NCBI GenBank assembly: GCA_043824255.1
Contig: JBDRTG010000018.1
Coordinates: 1-55,203 of the forward strand
From: a bacterium
GTDB taxonomy: Bacteria; JAHJDO01
Reading direction: 5' to 3'
DNA: 55,203 nucleotides
Shown here: piece after piece, positions 38,139 to 47,464 of the stretch
How the letters are laid out: every line of letters begins with the position of its first letter
How positions within the stretch are numbered: the first letter of the stretch is position 1
Position numbers and translations under genes: made by a program
The notes under the pieces: model-generated
What the model saw: the letters and a program-made list of their open reading frames with translations, nothing else
Database searches by the model: none
Told to the model about the DNA's origin: nothing

Positions 38139-39532
38139 TTTAATTTTCCTTTTTCAATCTGCTCTTTCAGTTTTTCATAGCGACGATGAATCTTTTTTTC
38201 GTAAGAAAGACGCTGATGGATCTCCTTTATACATGAGGTCATTATCTCCTCTTCATCAGCCGGTCTTTGTATTCTGCCAGAAAGAATTGGGTCATTGGTA
38301 TCTTCAAGAACCTTCTGTAGTTTTGATGACAGCTCTTTTTCTATATCTGCATAATCTGGTGAGGAAGCAAGATTGTTCTTTTCATAAGGGTCTTTTTCTA
38401 GATCGTATAATTCAACAGGAGGTCTTGGAGCAAGATGTCTATCTCCCATATTCCGTCGGGCCAGAGTTACTTCAATGTCTAATGGCAAAGAAATCAACGG
38501 ACCCCCATTGAAATTGCGAATATATTTGTATCGTTTTGTTCTTATGCACCTCTTTATATCATCTTTATGGCTATTTTTTTCTGCGAATATCATGCTGTTG
38601 GGAGTATATTCTTCATCCTGTAACAGTCCTAGAAAAGAGCGACCCTGAACATCTTCTGGTATTGGTATTCCCACTACATCCAGCAGAGTGGGGAGCAGAT
38701 CTATATTACTGATAAGTTCTGAAATCACTCTACCACCGTTAAAGCCATCAGGCCATCGCATAAGTAAGGTGGTATTTATTCCCGGATCATAGAGAGTCGC
38801 TTTGGCCCTGGGGAAGGCGATACCATGGTCTGTAGTAAAGATAACTATGGTGTTTTCTTTCAGGCGCGTATTATCAAGTGTAGCAAGAATTGTCCCAACT
38901 GCTCTATCCATGTATTGGATAACAGCGTAGAACATAGCCATATCCTGACGTAACCCTGGAGTATCTTCCAAATAGGGCAGAACAGATATATTCTTCTCCT
39001 GTACAGAGAGCATTTCAATATCCCTATAAGGTCTGTGGACCTGGGAAAAACCCACCTCCGCATAGAAAGGTTTGCTGCCTTCCTTAGCCCTCTTCTTCAA
39101 AAAATCAGTTACTATTGGTGCAACAACCTCACAGGAACATTTCCCGCGCTCACTTATATAATCAAAACCAAGCTGAGAAGGGTCTTCTGCAATACAAGAA
39201 TCTTCTGCGATATGCTGATTACCAAACAAAAATGTTTCGTATCCTGTTGACTGCAACAGCTGCCCTAAAATCCGGTTTGAAGAGGGCAAATGCCAACCCA
39301 GATTAACAAGCCCCATTAATCCGTTGGTATGTGGGTACTTCCCTGTAAAAATAGAACCACGGCTTGGGCTGCAAAAGGGTGCAGTAGAAAAATTATTGGT
39401 AAAACGCACCCCTTCATCTGCCAGTTTATCCAAACTGGGGGTAGATAACTGAGGATCCCATCCATAACAACCCAGATATGTGCCCAGGTCATGAGGAGTA
39501 ATTAATATGATATTCGGATTCTGGTGAACCAT
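38135..39532 (-). CDS. Sulfatase (Cys-type, formylglycine-dependent)
   Basis: PNIILI, CSPSRGSIFTG (CxPxR), TTDHG, ELYDLEKDPYE. Confidence 0.92.
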   Translation of the reverse strand: MVHQNPNIILITPHDLGTYLGCYGWDPQLSTPSLDKLADEGVRFTNNFSTAPFCSPSRGSIFTGKYPHTNGLMGLVNLGWHLPSSNRILGQLLQSTGYETFLFGNQHIAEDSCIAEDPSQLGFDYISERGKCSCEVVAPIVTDFLKKRAKEGSKPFYAEVGFSQVHRPYRDIEMLSVQEKNISVLPYLEDTPGLRQDMAMFYAVIQYMDRAVGTILATLDNTRLKENTIVIFTTDHGIAFPRAKATLYDPGINTTLLMRWPDGFNGGRVISELISNIDLLPTLLDVVGIPIPEDVQGRSFLGLLQDEEYTPNSMIFAEKNSHKDDIKRCIRTKRYKYIRNFNGGPLISLPLDIEVTLARRNMGDRHLAPRPPVELYDLEKDPYEKNNLASSPDYADIEKELSSKLQKVLEDTNDPILSGRIQRPADEEEIMTSCIKEIHQRLSYEKKIHRRYEKLKEQIEKGKLK

Positions 39533-39541
39533 TGTTGTCCC

Positions 39542-39590
39542 TTACATCATTCTATTTTTTATCCAGATCGGACTGCTCCAGCCTAATTCA
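39542..39590 (-). repeat. Orphan DUF3604 3'-end copy (ELGWSSPIWIKNRMM*); direct repeat 1
   Basis: 39561-39590 matches 41919-41948 at 29/30 nt and 44449-44478 at 26/30 nt. Confidence 0.9.
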
Positions 39591-39593
39591 TAA

Positions 39594-40601
39594 CTAGCAA
39601 AACTCTATCATCACTTTTATGCTTTTTCCTTTCTTCTCTTCGATAGTCTTAAATGCTTTCTCAATATCATTAAACTTAAAGGTATGGGTTATGATCAGGT
39701 CAGAATTAATTATTTTAGACTCAAGCATCTTCATGACTTCTTTGGGATAAAGTGTAGGGACTGCATATACTGCCTTTAGAGTCGCCTTCTTACGTAAAAA
39801 TTTGTTGATATCCAGAGAAATTATTTCCTGACCTTTATGCCCTAATCCTATATAGGTAATAAGACCTCCAAATGTAATCGCCTCGACCGCCTGCAAAATT
39901 GTGGAAGGCGGAGCAGTAATCATTATTCGTCTTATTTTCTTTTTTGAACAGACCTCTAATATAGATTCCTCATCGGTCTTTATGATCCCTTCCAATCCTA
40001 TTTTCTCTGCGGAAGCAAAACTGGCTTTAGCAGGGGAAATGTCTGCCCCATATACCTTTACTCCAATGGATATCGCCATCTGGGCAGCCATTAATCCAAT
40101 CGCACCCATGCCGATAATAAGCACCTTTTCACCTTTTTTTAAATCAGAATTTTTGATTAATTCCAGGGCTACACAGCCTGGTTCAAGAAGAGCGGCAGTT
40201 TTGTAATCTATCTTTTTGAAAGACCACAATAACCGCTGGTCTATAGTCATATAATCAGAAAACATCATCTGTTCACTGTTCCACACGGATGGACCATTAC
40301 AACAGAGTCTCGCCTCGCCTTTTTTACACAATTCACACTTTCCGCATTTAGCAGGCCCGGAAACAGCCACTTTATCCCCTGATTTAAAGCGGGGAACTCC
40401 TGGACCTACTTCTATCACTTCACCTGCGCCCTCATGTCCGATGGGAGAAAAAGTCTTGAAATAATATTTGACATTATGAAAATCTGTAGCGCATATACCG
40501 CAGGTCTTTATTTTAACCAAGACTTCTCCCTTCGCTGGCTTCGGAACTGACCGGTTTTCATATCGGAACTCAAAAGGTGCCCTGGCAAAAATAGTTTTCA
40601 T
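39594..40601 (-). CDS. Zinc-dependent alcohol/polyol dehydrogenase (MDR family)
   Basis: CGICATD, GHEGAG, CGKCELC...C structural Zn site, GMGAIG; ATG at 40601 preferred. Confidence 0.9.
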   Translation of the reverse strand: MKTIFARAPFEFRYENRSVPKPAKGEVLVKIKTCGICATDFHNVKYYFKTFSPIGHEGAGEVIEVGPGVPRFKSGDKVAVSGPAKCGKCELCKKGEARLCCNGPSVWNSEQMMFSDYMTIDQRLLWSFKKIDYKTAALLEPGCVALELIKNSDLKKGEKVLIIGMGAIGLMAAQMAISIGVKVYGADISPAKASFASAEKIGLEGIIKTDEESILEVCSKKKIRRIMITAPPSTILQAVEAITFGGLITYIGLGHKGQEIISLDINKFLRKKATLKAVYAVPTLYPKEVMKMLESKIINSDLIITHTFKFNDIEKAFKTIEEKKGKSIKVMIEFC

Positions 40602-40677
40602 TTTATTCTTATCTTCTTTAGGTTGGAAATCTCCTTGTTCATATCTTTTGCCATTCTCCCTTTGCAAGCCGTTTTTT

Positions 40678-41886
40678 TTAACTTCTTTTAACTTTTATCA
40701 AACTCCCTTCGGAATAACTTGATAGCCGTTTTAATCCATGCGACGTCAGCCAATACATATCCTCTTCGCCCATTGCTCCTAACTCGGGGAAATCAGGATG
40801 AGCCCCTCTAGCAGCTTCACTTGCAAATACAAAACCTTCAGGGATAATATATTTCCCATAAGGGTCATTTCTTTCACATGTTGCACAATAGCATGTCATG
40901 GGGACTTCATGCACAGCTAAACCTACGCCATGAATGGAATGCATAGTAGAAGGAGATATTTCAGCTCTTAACTTGTCAAATAAGGCATGAAGTTTATATA
41001 TACTTATACCCGGGCAAACATTGCGAGCCATTTCTTTTTTTAAATCGCTGAGTTCTTTATATCTTTTATGCACTATCTTATCAACTTTGCCCAAAAGGAA
41101 AGTACGTTGCAAGTCCGCAAAGTAACCCTGACAGGATGCAGCTACATCCAAACGGAAAAGACCATTTTCAGGAACTGGGTCATTACCAAACCAATTGGGA
41201 TATGGTGGTTCCTGCCAATCAGCTCCCTCTGCGGTTGCTGAACAAAAAGTGGGTAAAACATCATGAGATGCAATCCGCTGCGCTACCATAACCCCAACTT
41301 CTCTTGCTCTTAGTCCAGGACGAAGGTTAGATGCGAGGAATTCAAAAGCGTCTTCGATTGCTAGTATTGCCTTACGGATCAATTTGACTTCTTTTTCCGA
41401 TTTAACCGCTCTTAAATCATCCATTATTTTACCAGCGCTAACGGCTTTTAATTTCGGCACTTTTTTTTGGATATGCATCAACCAGCCAGCAGGAAAATGG
41501 TCTAAGTCAAAGCCAATTTTTTTATCAGCCAGATTACGTTCTTGTAATGACTTAACTAATAAATCCAATCTGGAATTAACATGAATGGATCTATTTTGGG
41601 GACGGAAACATTCATCAAAAATATCTTTACTTTTTCCTGCATCCCAAGGCCATCTGCCTATCATAAACCAAGGACCATTACGAGCAATTACTGCAAAGAA
41701 GATACTTTCATTTGTGCTCCGCTGAACACCATGATAATCGCTATTGTAATAACCACTCAGATAAGAAACGTCTAAACTATCAATTACAATCATTGCATCT
41801 AAATTATAATTAGCAAGTATTTTTCTCATCTTACTTTTTTTAACACCAATTCGGTTATAATTATCTCTATTCATTATTGCCCTCAT
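40678..41886 (-). CDS. M24 family metallopeptidase (Xaa-Pro peptidase/creatinase fold)
   Basis: LRAVKSEKE, LDVAA, GYFADLQRT, HGVGLAVHE, EED; start at 41886 or 41874. Confidence 0.85.
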   Translation of the reverse strand: MRAIMNRDNYNRIGVKKSKMRKILANYNLDAMIVIDSLDVSYLSGYYNSDYHGVQRSTNESIFFAVIARNGPWFMIGRWPWDAGKSKDIFDECFRPQNRSIHVNSRLDLLVKSLQERNLADKKIGFDLDHFPAGWLMHIQKKVPKLKAVSAGKIMDDLRAVKSEKEVKLIRKAILAIEDAFEFLASNLRPGLRAREVGVMVAQRIASHDVLPTFCSATAEGADWQEPPYPNWFGNDPVPENGLFRLDVAASCQGYFADLQRTFLLGKVDKIVHKRYKELSDLKKEMARNVCPGISIYKLHALFDKLRAEISPSTMHSIHGVGLAVHEVPMTCYCATCERNDPYGKYIIPEGFVFASEAARGAHPDFPELGAMGEEDMYWLTSHGLKRLSSYSEGSLIKVKRS

Positions 41887-41896
41887 TATAGTTCTT

Positions 41897-41971
41897 TTAT
41901 CTGCCGCACCATTCTTCAATCCAGATCGGACTGCTCCAGCCTACTTCACCGTCTTTCTGGATAACTTTAAT
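41897..41971 (-). repeat. Orphan DUF3604 3'-end copy (IKVIQKDGEVGWSSPIWIEEWCGR*); direct repeat 2
   Basis: 41919-41968 matches 44449-44498 at 41/50 nt; translates to the DUF3604 C-terminal motif; no start codon or gene body upstream. Confidence 0.9.
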
Positions 41972-43371
41972 CAAACTAACAATTCTCTTTTTGCTCTTTT
42001 TAAGATTTCTTCGCCTGCTTTTATCTTATCTTTATCGTAATCGTACCCAGAGTATTCTTTTACCTTGTTATTAAAAATTCCATGAGCCCTATCCAATACT
42101 TCTTTTTCCGAAGTACCAGAACCACGTAGGAACAAAAAAGGTTCCCAGAACGCATTTCGGAAATTCTTCAGGGTATGTTCTGTAGATAGAAAATCTCCTT
42201 TGCCTTCTTTTGCAACCTCAGCAATAACATCCTCAATATTATTATCGTCCATTTCTTTTCTACTCAGGTAGGAAAAACTTTCACCAATCTCTATATCAAT
42301 TACAAGCTGCTCAGGAGAAATCAAGCTTCCATTATCTAAGATACCTGCGCCTCCATAACTGAGCCTGCCAAGAAATTTTTGATAAGCAATGACTTTAAAC
42401 ATCTTTTCAAAGACTGCTTTAAAACCTGGTTCTCTGGCAGCAACGTAGGTTGTACCGCCTACAGAAGTCTTGCCGCCAAAGTCATAATCCATCAGTTGAA
42501 CCACTCCACAATCAATCAAAACAGATTCAGGAGTTGATTGAGAAGTAACAGCAGTTTTAAAGTCCATCACGCTTGAAGAGATATATCCCAAAAGCACAGC
42601 CTCAGGATTAATAAGGTAGGAAATAATCAGCCCGCCGACAATCTCTGCTGTTCCCTGAATCACTACTCCATCCAAAGTCACCGGCGCATTTCCACCCGCC
42701 GTAGGCATGGAAGTCATTAAACTGGTTATATTATACTTTGCTCTTTCAAGCATTACCGCAGCAGTTCGGTTTTCTAAGCGTAAAATTGGATTAATACAAT
42801 TACAGTGATCAAAAAATCGATCTTCGCATCCTTCACCCAAAAATACCTTGCTCAGTTCCACGAGATACTTAATTAATCTGACAGAATAAGGTTCTATCCC
42901 ATATCCATATTTATTGGTTAACCTTACCATCATTAGGAAGGACTCTATAGGGGCTGTCTCCAATGGGATGTCAGTGAGGGAAAGAGGCATTGATACCCCA
43001 CCTATTTTATCCTCTTGATGAGCAAACTTAATCAGTTTTTCAAAATGTTGCTTTTTGGCAGTAAGTGGTCGTTTTGTAGAATAATCATAATATTTTGAGG
43101 CCAAATTGCCAAAACCTGTTTTGTAAATTCTCCTTCTTTCTGCTTTTGGTATTGTTTTCCTCTTTTCCTGACTTTTTTTCTGAAACGACACAAACTCATC
43201 TATTATCTTATCATCAAAAGTAAATCGGCCATTTGAGGAGAGTTTCAATCCTTTCTTTTTTAGCAAAAGGGACAGTTCTTCATTCTCAACTTTATAACCA
43301 ATATCTTTTAAAACCCTGCGAACTTTTGTCTTTAATAAATCTAATTCATTCTCGGTAAAAATATCAAACAT
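41971..43371 (-). CDS. Trimethylamine methyltransferase (MttB) superfamily protein, non-pyrrolysine
   Basis: INPILR, GGNAPVTLDG, AEIVGG, MDFKT, PESVL, GAGILDNGSLISPEQLVID, FLSTEHT; no in-frame TAG. Confidence 0.85.
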   Translation of the reverse strand: MFDIFTENELDLLKTKVRRVLKDIGYKVENEELSLLLKKKGLKLSSNGRFTFDDKIIDEFVSFQKKSQEKRKTIPKAERRRIYKTGFGNLASKYYDYSTKRPLTAKKQHFEKLIKFAHQEDKIGGVSMPLSLTDIPLETAPIESFLMMVRLTNKYGYGIEPYSVRLIKYLVELSKVFLGEGCEDRFFDHCNCINPILRLENRTAAVMLERAKYNITSLMTSMPTAGGNAPVTLDGVVIQGTAEIVGGLIISYLINPEAVLLGYISSSVMDFKTAVTSQSTPESVLIDCGVVQLMDYDFGGKTSVGGTTYVAAREPGFKAVFEKMFKVIAYQKFLGRLSYGGAGILDNGSLISPEQLVIDIEIGESFSYLSRKEMDDNNIEDVIAEVAKEGKGDFLSTEHTLKNFRNAFWEPFLFLRGSGTSEKEVLDRAHGIFNNKVKEYSGYDYDKDKIKAGEEILKRAKRELLV

Positions 43372-43414
43372 TTCTTTTTCTCCATGTGCCGTTCATTTTT
43401 TTATTCCCCACTAC

Positions 43415-44419
43415 TTATTTTCGTATAAACTCTTTTATTTGACTCTCTTCCCCAACTTTTTCTACGTGTGTGATATCATTATCCTTCCAATAAAAAGCAT
43501 AAAGAAAAAATCTGCCTTGAAGAAATGTAGCTATAAGCCATCTATCTCTTAATTTTGAAATAACTTCGATTGTCATTCCATCAAGTGGCAGTGTTTTCCG
43601 TTGCGATTTTTTAAAGTCAGTAGGATTATCTCCTAATAGCCGTTGGTTATTACCATCAGCAACGTGATTGAAGAAAAGAATATATCCCCCTTCCGGTCTG
43701 GGATGAACTGCTGATGATTCTAAAGATCCGCCTGGATGACATATTGGTTCTTTCATGTAGACAATAACAGATTCATCCCAATGAATTAGATCCTTTGACC
43801 TTGAACATCCAACAGCAGGATAACCAAAATTCGTATGGCAACTGAAGTAGAGATAACAGGTATCGTTTTCGATAAGTACATGAGGGTCCCGGCATAGTGC
43901 AGACAAATTGGGATCTGCATGTATCCACCCACATTTACCTGGACTGATAATCGGATTATTGGAATCGCGCTCCCAATGGAAAAGATCATCAGAGTGGGCA
44001 ATACCAATGCCTTCATACATTGTCCGGTTTATGCCTGTATAAACAACATGGTATTTGTTTTTAAAATAAAACGGAAACGGTGCAAATACATGGTGGGACT
44101 CCCACGTATGTTCTCTGACATACAAGATAGGATCATGAGTTTTCCATGTTACAAAATTTTCTGTAGTAGCATGGCCAAAATAACACTCATTTCCGGGCCA
44201 GAGACATGTCCCTCCTCTCCTTACAATATGGAAAAGATGATAACGTCTATCCTTAGCAAGGATTACCCCAAAATCTGCAATGGTGCAATGTTTTGGCGCA
44301 TAACCTTTTACTAAGGCGTCATAATCATTTGTCTCATAATCATGAAGTTTCGAAAGGATAAATTCCTTCTTCCACTCGAGAAAGGATTTGCCTTTTTGCC
44401 TGTCTATTTGCATATACAT
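43415..44419 (-). CDS. Five-bladed beta-propeller glycoside hydrolase (GH32/clan GH-J-like)
   Basis: ADF...YHLFH, GHATT, VFAP, SDDLFHW, CRDPHV, SKDLIHW, LES; start at 44419 just after the DUF3604 stop. Confidence 0.78.
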   Translation of the reverse strand: MYMQIDRQKGKSFLEWKKEFILSKLHDYETNDYDALVKGYAPKHCTIADFGVILAKDRRYHLFHIVRRGGTCLWPGNECYFGHATTENFVTWKTHDPILYVREHTWESHHVFAPFPFYFKNKYHVVYTGINRTMYEGIGIAHSDDLFHWERDSNNPIISPGKCGWIHADPNLSALCRDPHVLIENDTCYLYFSCHTNFGYPAVGCSRSKDLIHWDESVIVYMKEPICHPGGSLESSAVHPRPEGGYILFFNHVADGNNQRLLGDNPTDFKKSQRKTLPLDGMTIEVISKLRDRWLIATFLQGRFFLYAFYWKDNDITHVEKVGEESQIKEFIRK

Positions 44420-44423
44420 ATCT

Positions 44424-46313
44424 CTAGAGGCTTTTTTTAATGGTGTTAACCCATATCGGACTGCTCCAGGCCAATTCACTGTCCTTTTGGATAACCTTTA
44501 CATAGTAAAAATCTTCTTTTAATTCAGGCTCAGATTGATCCTCAAACAAAATCTCAGCATAGTCCTTTTTAGGATGCTCAGAATGAATAACCTGATTATT
44601 CTTTATTATTTCAATAGTTTCTATTATATCTGTACCAGCAACCAACACTCTGAGCTTTCGTTTGCATTGTTCTTTAATGATTTCGCCCATATTATGTCCA
44701 TTGATATCAAATTCCATAATTATTTTAGCGCCTGTGGTTCCGTAACATCTTCGAGCGCGAAATGCCTCAAATAGTCCCCGTCGGGTTAAATCTTTTGCAT
44801 ACAGACAGGCCAGACCGCCGGGATACATTCTAGGCTCTCTTACTGATTTTACAGGACGCCCGTTATGTCCGTCAGAACCACCGATAACTCCTATATGATT
44901 TCCCATTGACAGAGTATTCTGTAAATATCCTGTTCCAGGATTATTTAACGGCCTTTCACTATTTGCTTTTTCTGAAGAACCATGACAGGAACTGATTTCT
45001 AAAATCGTCTGGAGAAATTCATCATTATAATCCCAGTCGGTTCCGGGTACATGGCAATCCAATTTATAGCCAGTGTGATGTACTTGAATAAAGGCATCTG
45101 ATTTTCTCAGTTCGGCAAATAATTTTTCAGGAGTATCGTAACGTAAATCATAAGGGGAGATCATTGGCTGATCCGGATTCATAAAACATATAACTTTATG
45201 ACCAAAAGCGTAATGCTGCCACTCAATTGCCGGGAACGTTATAAACTCTCCGGGTTTATAGAATTGTTCCGCCATATAATTAGCAATCAGCCACTTATCT
45301 TCTGTTAAGTTCCCGGACTGAGTTTGAATGGGAAGCGCCAGAAAATGAAGCCCCTGCTGTCGTGCAGCCGAATAAGCTTCCTGCGGACTTGCAAGTCCGG
45401 GACTTAGATGATCGTGATTGTGTATATCTCCAAAGAAAAGACTGTATTCTGGTTTTTTATCGACGCATTTCACCGGATTGGATGAAACGGATATATTGTT
45501 TATTATGTCTTTTCCCTTCAGGATATAAAATCCCGAAGCATAAAATTCTACTCCTTTCTTCAGTCGACGATATCCAAGGTCTCCTTCCTGTAGTTTAAAA
45601 TCTTTTGCGACTTTTACTTCCTTTTGCGGGTTCCACTGAATATCAGCATTGCTGTCACTGGGATTTTCACACTTATCAAGCAGTCTGATAGAGAGATCGC
45701 TTTTTTCATTGCACATTACCATTGGTGAAATATTACACTCAATGGTATTTATTTCTGCCGCGGACACGTCTAAAACTGTTCTGTCGATAAGTTTTGAGAA
45801 CTCTTCTCCTGATTTTTTGTATTCCAAATAAAAAATAAGAGGACGGACAATTTCGGAAACTTTAAGACTGTCGTTTCCCCCAATTGTGACTTCAATCGAA
45901 TCATTATTCCGCAATATTCCAGACATTACGGTCAGGGTAATTTCCCTCTTACAGAAAGAGTCGAATATATCCAGACGTAATTTGACATTGGCGCATGTAT
46001 TGAAAGTAACAAGGGTTCTTTTATTTTGATCATTTATATCTTTTGTCAAACAGGAAAAAGGATTATACCCTATTGCGTAAATTTTAATTTCATCACCTTC
46101 GCATAACTCAGTGTCACCTATTTTGCAGGTTAAAACTACGGAAGTCTTTTGACATGCGCGTTTTTGTTTACCATCATCAAGCGATAAGCGTCCAAGGCCA
46201 TAGGCTTGATAAAACATCCTGTTTCTCAGAGAAAGATGATTATTTGATTCTCCCTTCCGTTTTTCTCCGCTATAATGATGTCTCATTCTTTCTTCAAGGG
46301 TCATCTTTTTCAT
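44424..46313 (-). CDS. DUF3604/PHP-domain metallohydrolase
   Basis: FGDIHNH, IEW...GHK, HHTG, EISSCHG, GGSDGH, RRCYGTTG, YYVKVIQ...AWSSPIWV. Confidence 0.85.
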   Translation of the reverse strand: MKKMTLEERMRHHYSGEKRKGESNNHLSLRNRMFYQAYGLGRLSLDDGKQKRACQKTSVVLTCKIGDTELCEGDEIKIYAIGYNPFSCLTKDINDQNKRTLVTFNTCANVKLRLDIFDSFCKREITLTVMSGILRNNDSIEVTIGGNDSLKVSEIVRPLIFYLEYKKSGEEFSKLIDRTVLDVSAAEINTIECNISPMVMCNEKSDLSIRLLDKCENPSDSNADIQWNPQKEVKVAKDFKLQEGDLGYRRLKKGVEFYASGFYILKGKDIINNISVSSNPVKCVDKKPEYSLFFGDIHNHDHLSPGLASPQEAYSAARQQGLHFLALPIQTQSGNLTEDKWLIANYMAEQFYKPGEFITFPAIEWQHYAFGHKVICFMNPDQPMISPYDLRYDTPEKLFAELRKSDAFIQVHHTGYKLDCHVPGTDWDYNDEFLQTILEISSCHGSSEKANSERPLNNPGTGYLQNTLSMGNHIGVIGGSDGHNGRPVKSVREPRMYPGGLACLYAKDLTRRGLFEAFRARRCYGTTGAKIIMEFDINGHNMGEIIKEQCKRKLRVLVAGTDIIETIEIIKNNQVIHSEHPKKDYAEILFEDQSEPELKEDFYYVKVIQKDSELAWSSPIWVNTIKKSL

Positions 46314-46324
46314 TATATTTATTC

Positions 46325-47452
46325 CTATAAATTGCGCTTGTATAATTCCAAAACGTTTTCTATTGGCGTATTGTCCATAATTGTTGAGGATGCGGCAAGA
46401 ATAACGCCGCCTCGAGTGTTGAAGATATCCTGCATTCGTTGTTTGTCTTGACGGATCGCCTCTGGGCTTTCATACATTGTTGACGTCACAGAAACACTGC
46501 CGCAGATAAACGGCGGTTTGCCATTCCTGCACGTACGGCAAAGAAGTTTCTCCAGATTCATTTCTTTATCTTCTTCAAATCCTTGGAAACCATCGATTCC
46601 ACAGTCCAGTAAATCGTCCAGGATCGGTAGAATGTTCCCGTCGCTATGCCACATCCAATGGATACCCGCATCTACGATTGGAGCAATAGCACGTTTTAGA
46701 TGTGGAAAATATAGTTCTTTCAGAACCCCAGGTCTGCAAAGAGGACCTCTATTATCACAAATATCCTCGCCCGAGTAGATCAGCGGAATAAGGTCTTTTT
46801 CGCGGACTGCGGAAGTGATGGCCTCGTTCTTCAGGCGACCTTCTTCGCCCGCAAAGGCAAAGAGCCTCTCCATGGCTTCAGGATAAAGCATGTGTGCCAT
46901 CAGATACGTTTCATATCCAACAGCAGTATACCACATCCAACTGCAGGTTCCCGCGAGATGTCCAGGTATCCAGACGACTGGAGCAAGGAAATCGCCCCAG
47001 GTATCCAGAGAAATCCATTGTTCGTATACTTTATCTTTGTCAACGTATTTCGCGGCATCTTTCGCTTCGGGAAGCTGTGCGCAGAAATCTCGTAACCCCT
47101 CAGGTTCCTTAAATGCGGTTTCGCCGTGAACCTTTTTCCATCCGCTGATCATTTTGCCAATACAAGACCTCAACGCAGAGACATCCAGTTCTGCCATGGG
47201 CCCGCAAACGCGATCCAGGCGGTCGGGCAAGACAAATTGGTGAATTAAATCCACATCCCATATTTTGTGTGCCTCGGCATGGACCTCTTTTGGATGTTCT
47301 TGATAATCCGTTCGTCCTGTGATTGCGGCCAACGCTGTTTCACTGCCGCATCCGCCGCGCACCGGCATTCGATCTGAGGATTTAAACTCAATAGTGGCAA
47401 TGATCCTTTCGCGTTTTTTCCGTCTTGCAATTATTTCTTTATTCGCACTCAT
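46325..47452 (-). CDS. URO-D-fold protein
   Basis: DRMPV, GEDIC, YFPHLK, WHSDGN, GIDGFQG, TPIENV; start at 47452 or 47464. Confidence 0.8.
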   Translation of the reverse strand: MSANKEIIARRKKRERIIATIEFKSSDRMPVRGGCGSETALAAITGRTDYQEHPKEVHAEAHKIWDVDLIHQFVLPDRLDRVCGPMAELDVSALRSCIGKMISGWKKVHGETAFKEPEGLRDFCAQLPEAKDAAKYVDKDKVYEQWISLDTWGDFLAPVVWIPGHLAGTCSWMWYTAVGYETYLMAHMLYPEAMERLFAFAGEEGRLKNEAITSAVREKDLIPLIYSGEDICDNRGPLCRPGVLKELYFPHLKRAIAPIVDAGIHWMWHSDGNILPILDDLLDCGIDGFQGFEEDKEMNLEKLLCRTCRNGKPPFICGSVSVTSTMYESPEAIRQDKQRMQDIFNTRGGVILAASSTIMDNTPIENVLELYKRNL

Positions 47453-47464
47453 AGCCGTTACCAC

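Noticed and set aside
41971..43371. Pyrrolysine-containing trimethylamine methyltransferase
   Set aside because: No in-frame TAG and no pyl genes in the window
39561..44478. 30-bp direct repeats as a CRISPR array or classical attC sites
   Set aside because: Spacing is about 2.4-2.5 kb, the repeats encode a protein motif, and there are no cas genes, attC-type RYYYAAC/GTTRRRY hairpins or intI
41887..44479. Extended track N-termini of the M24 (41919) and GH32-like (44479) ORFs
   Set aside because: They run through the DUF3604 tail sequences in another frame; downstream ATGs fit better
35801..47452. Calling the URO-D-fold genes hemE
   Set aside because: They lack the RQAGR motif and there is no tetrapyrrole gene context
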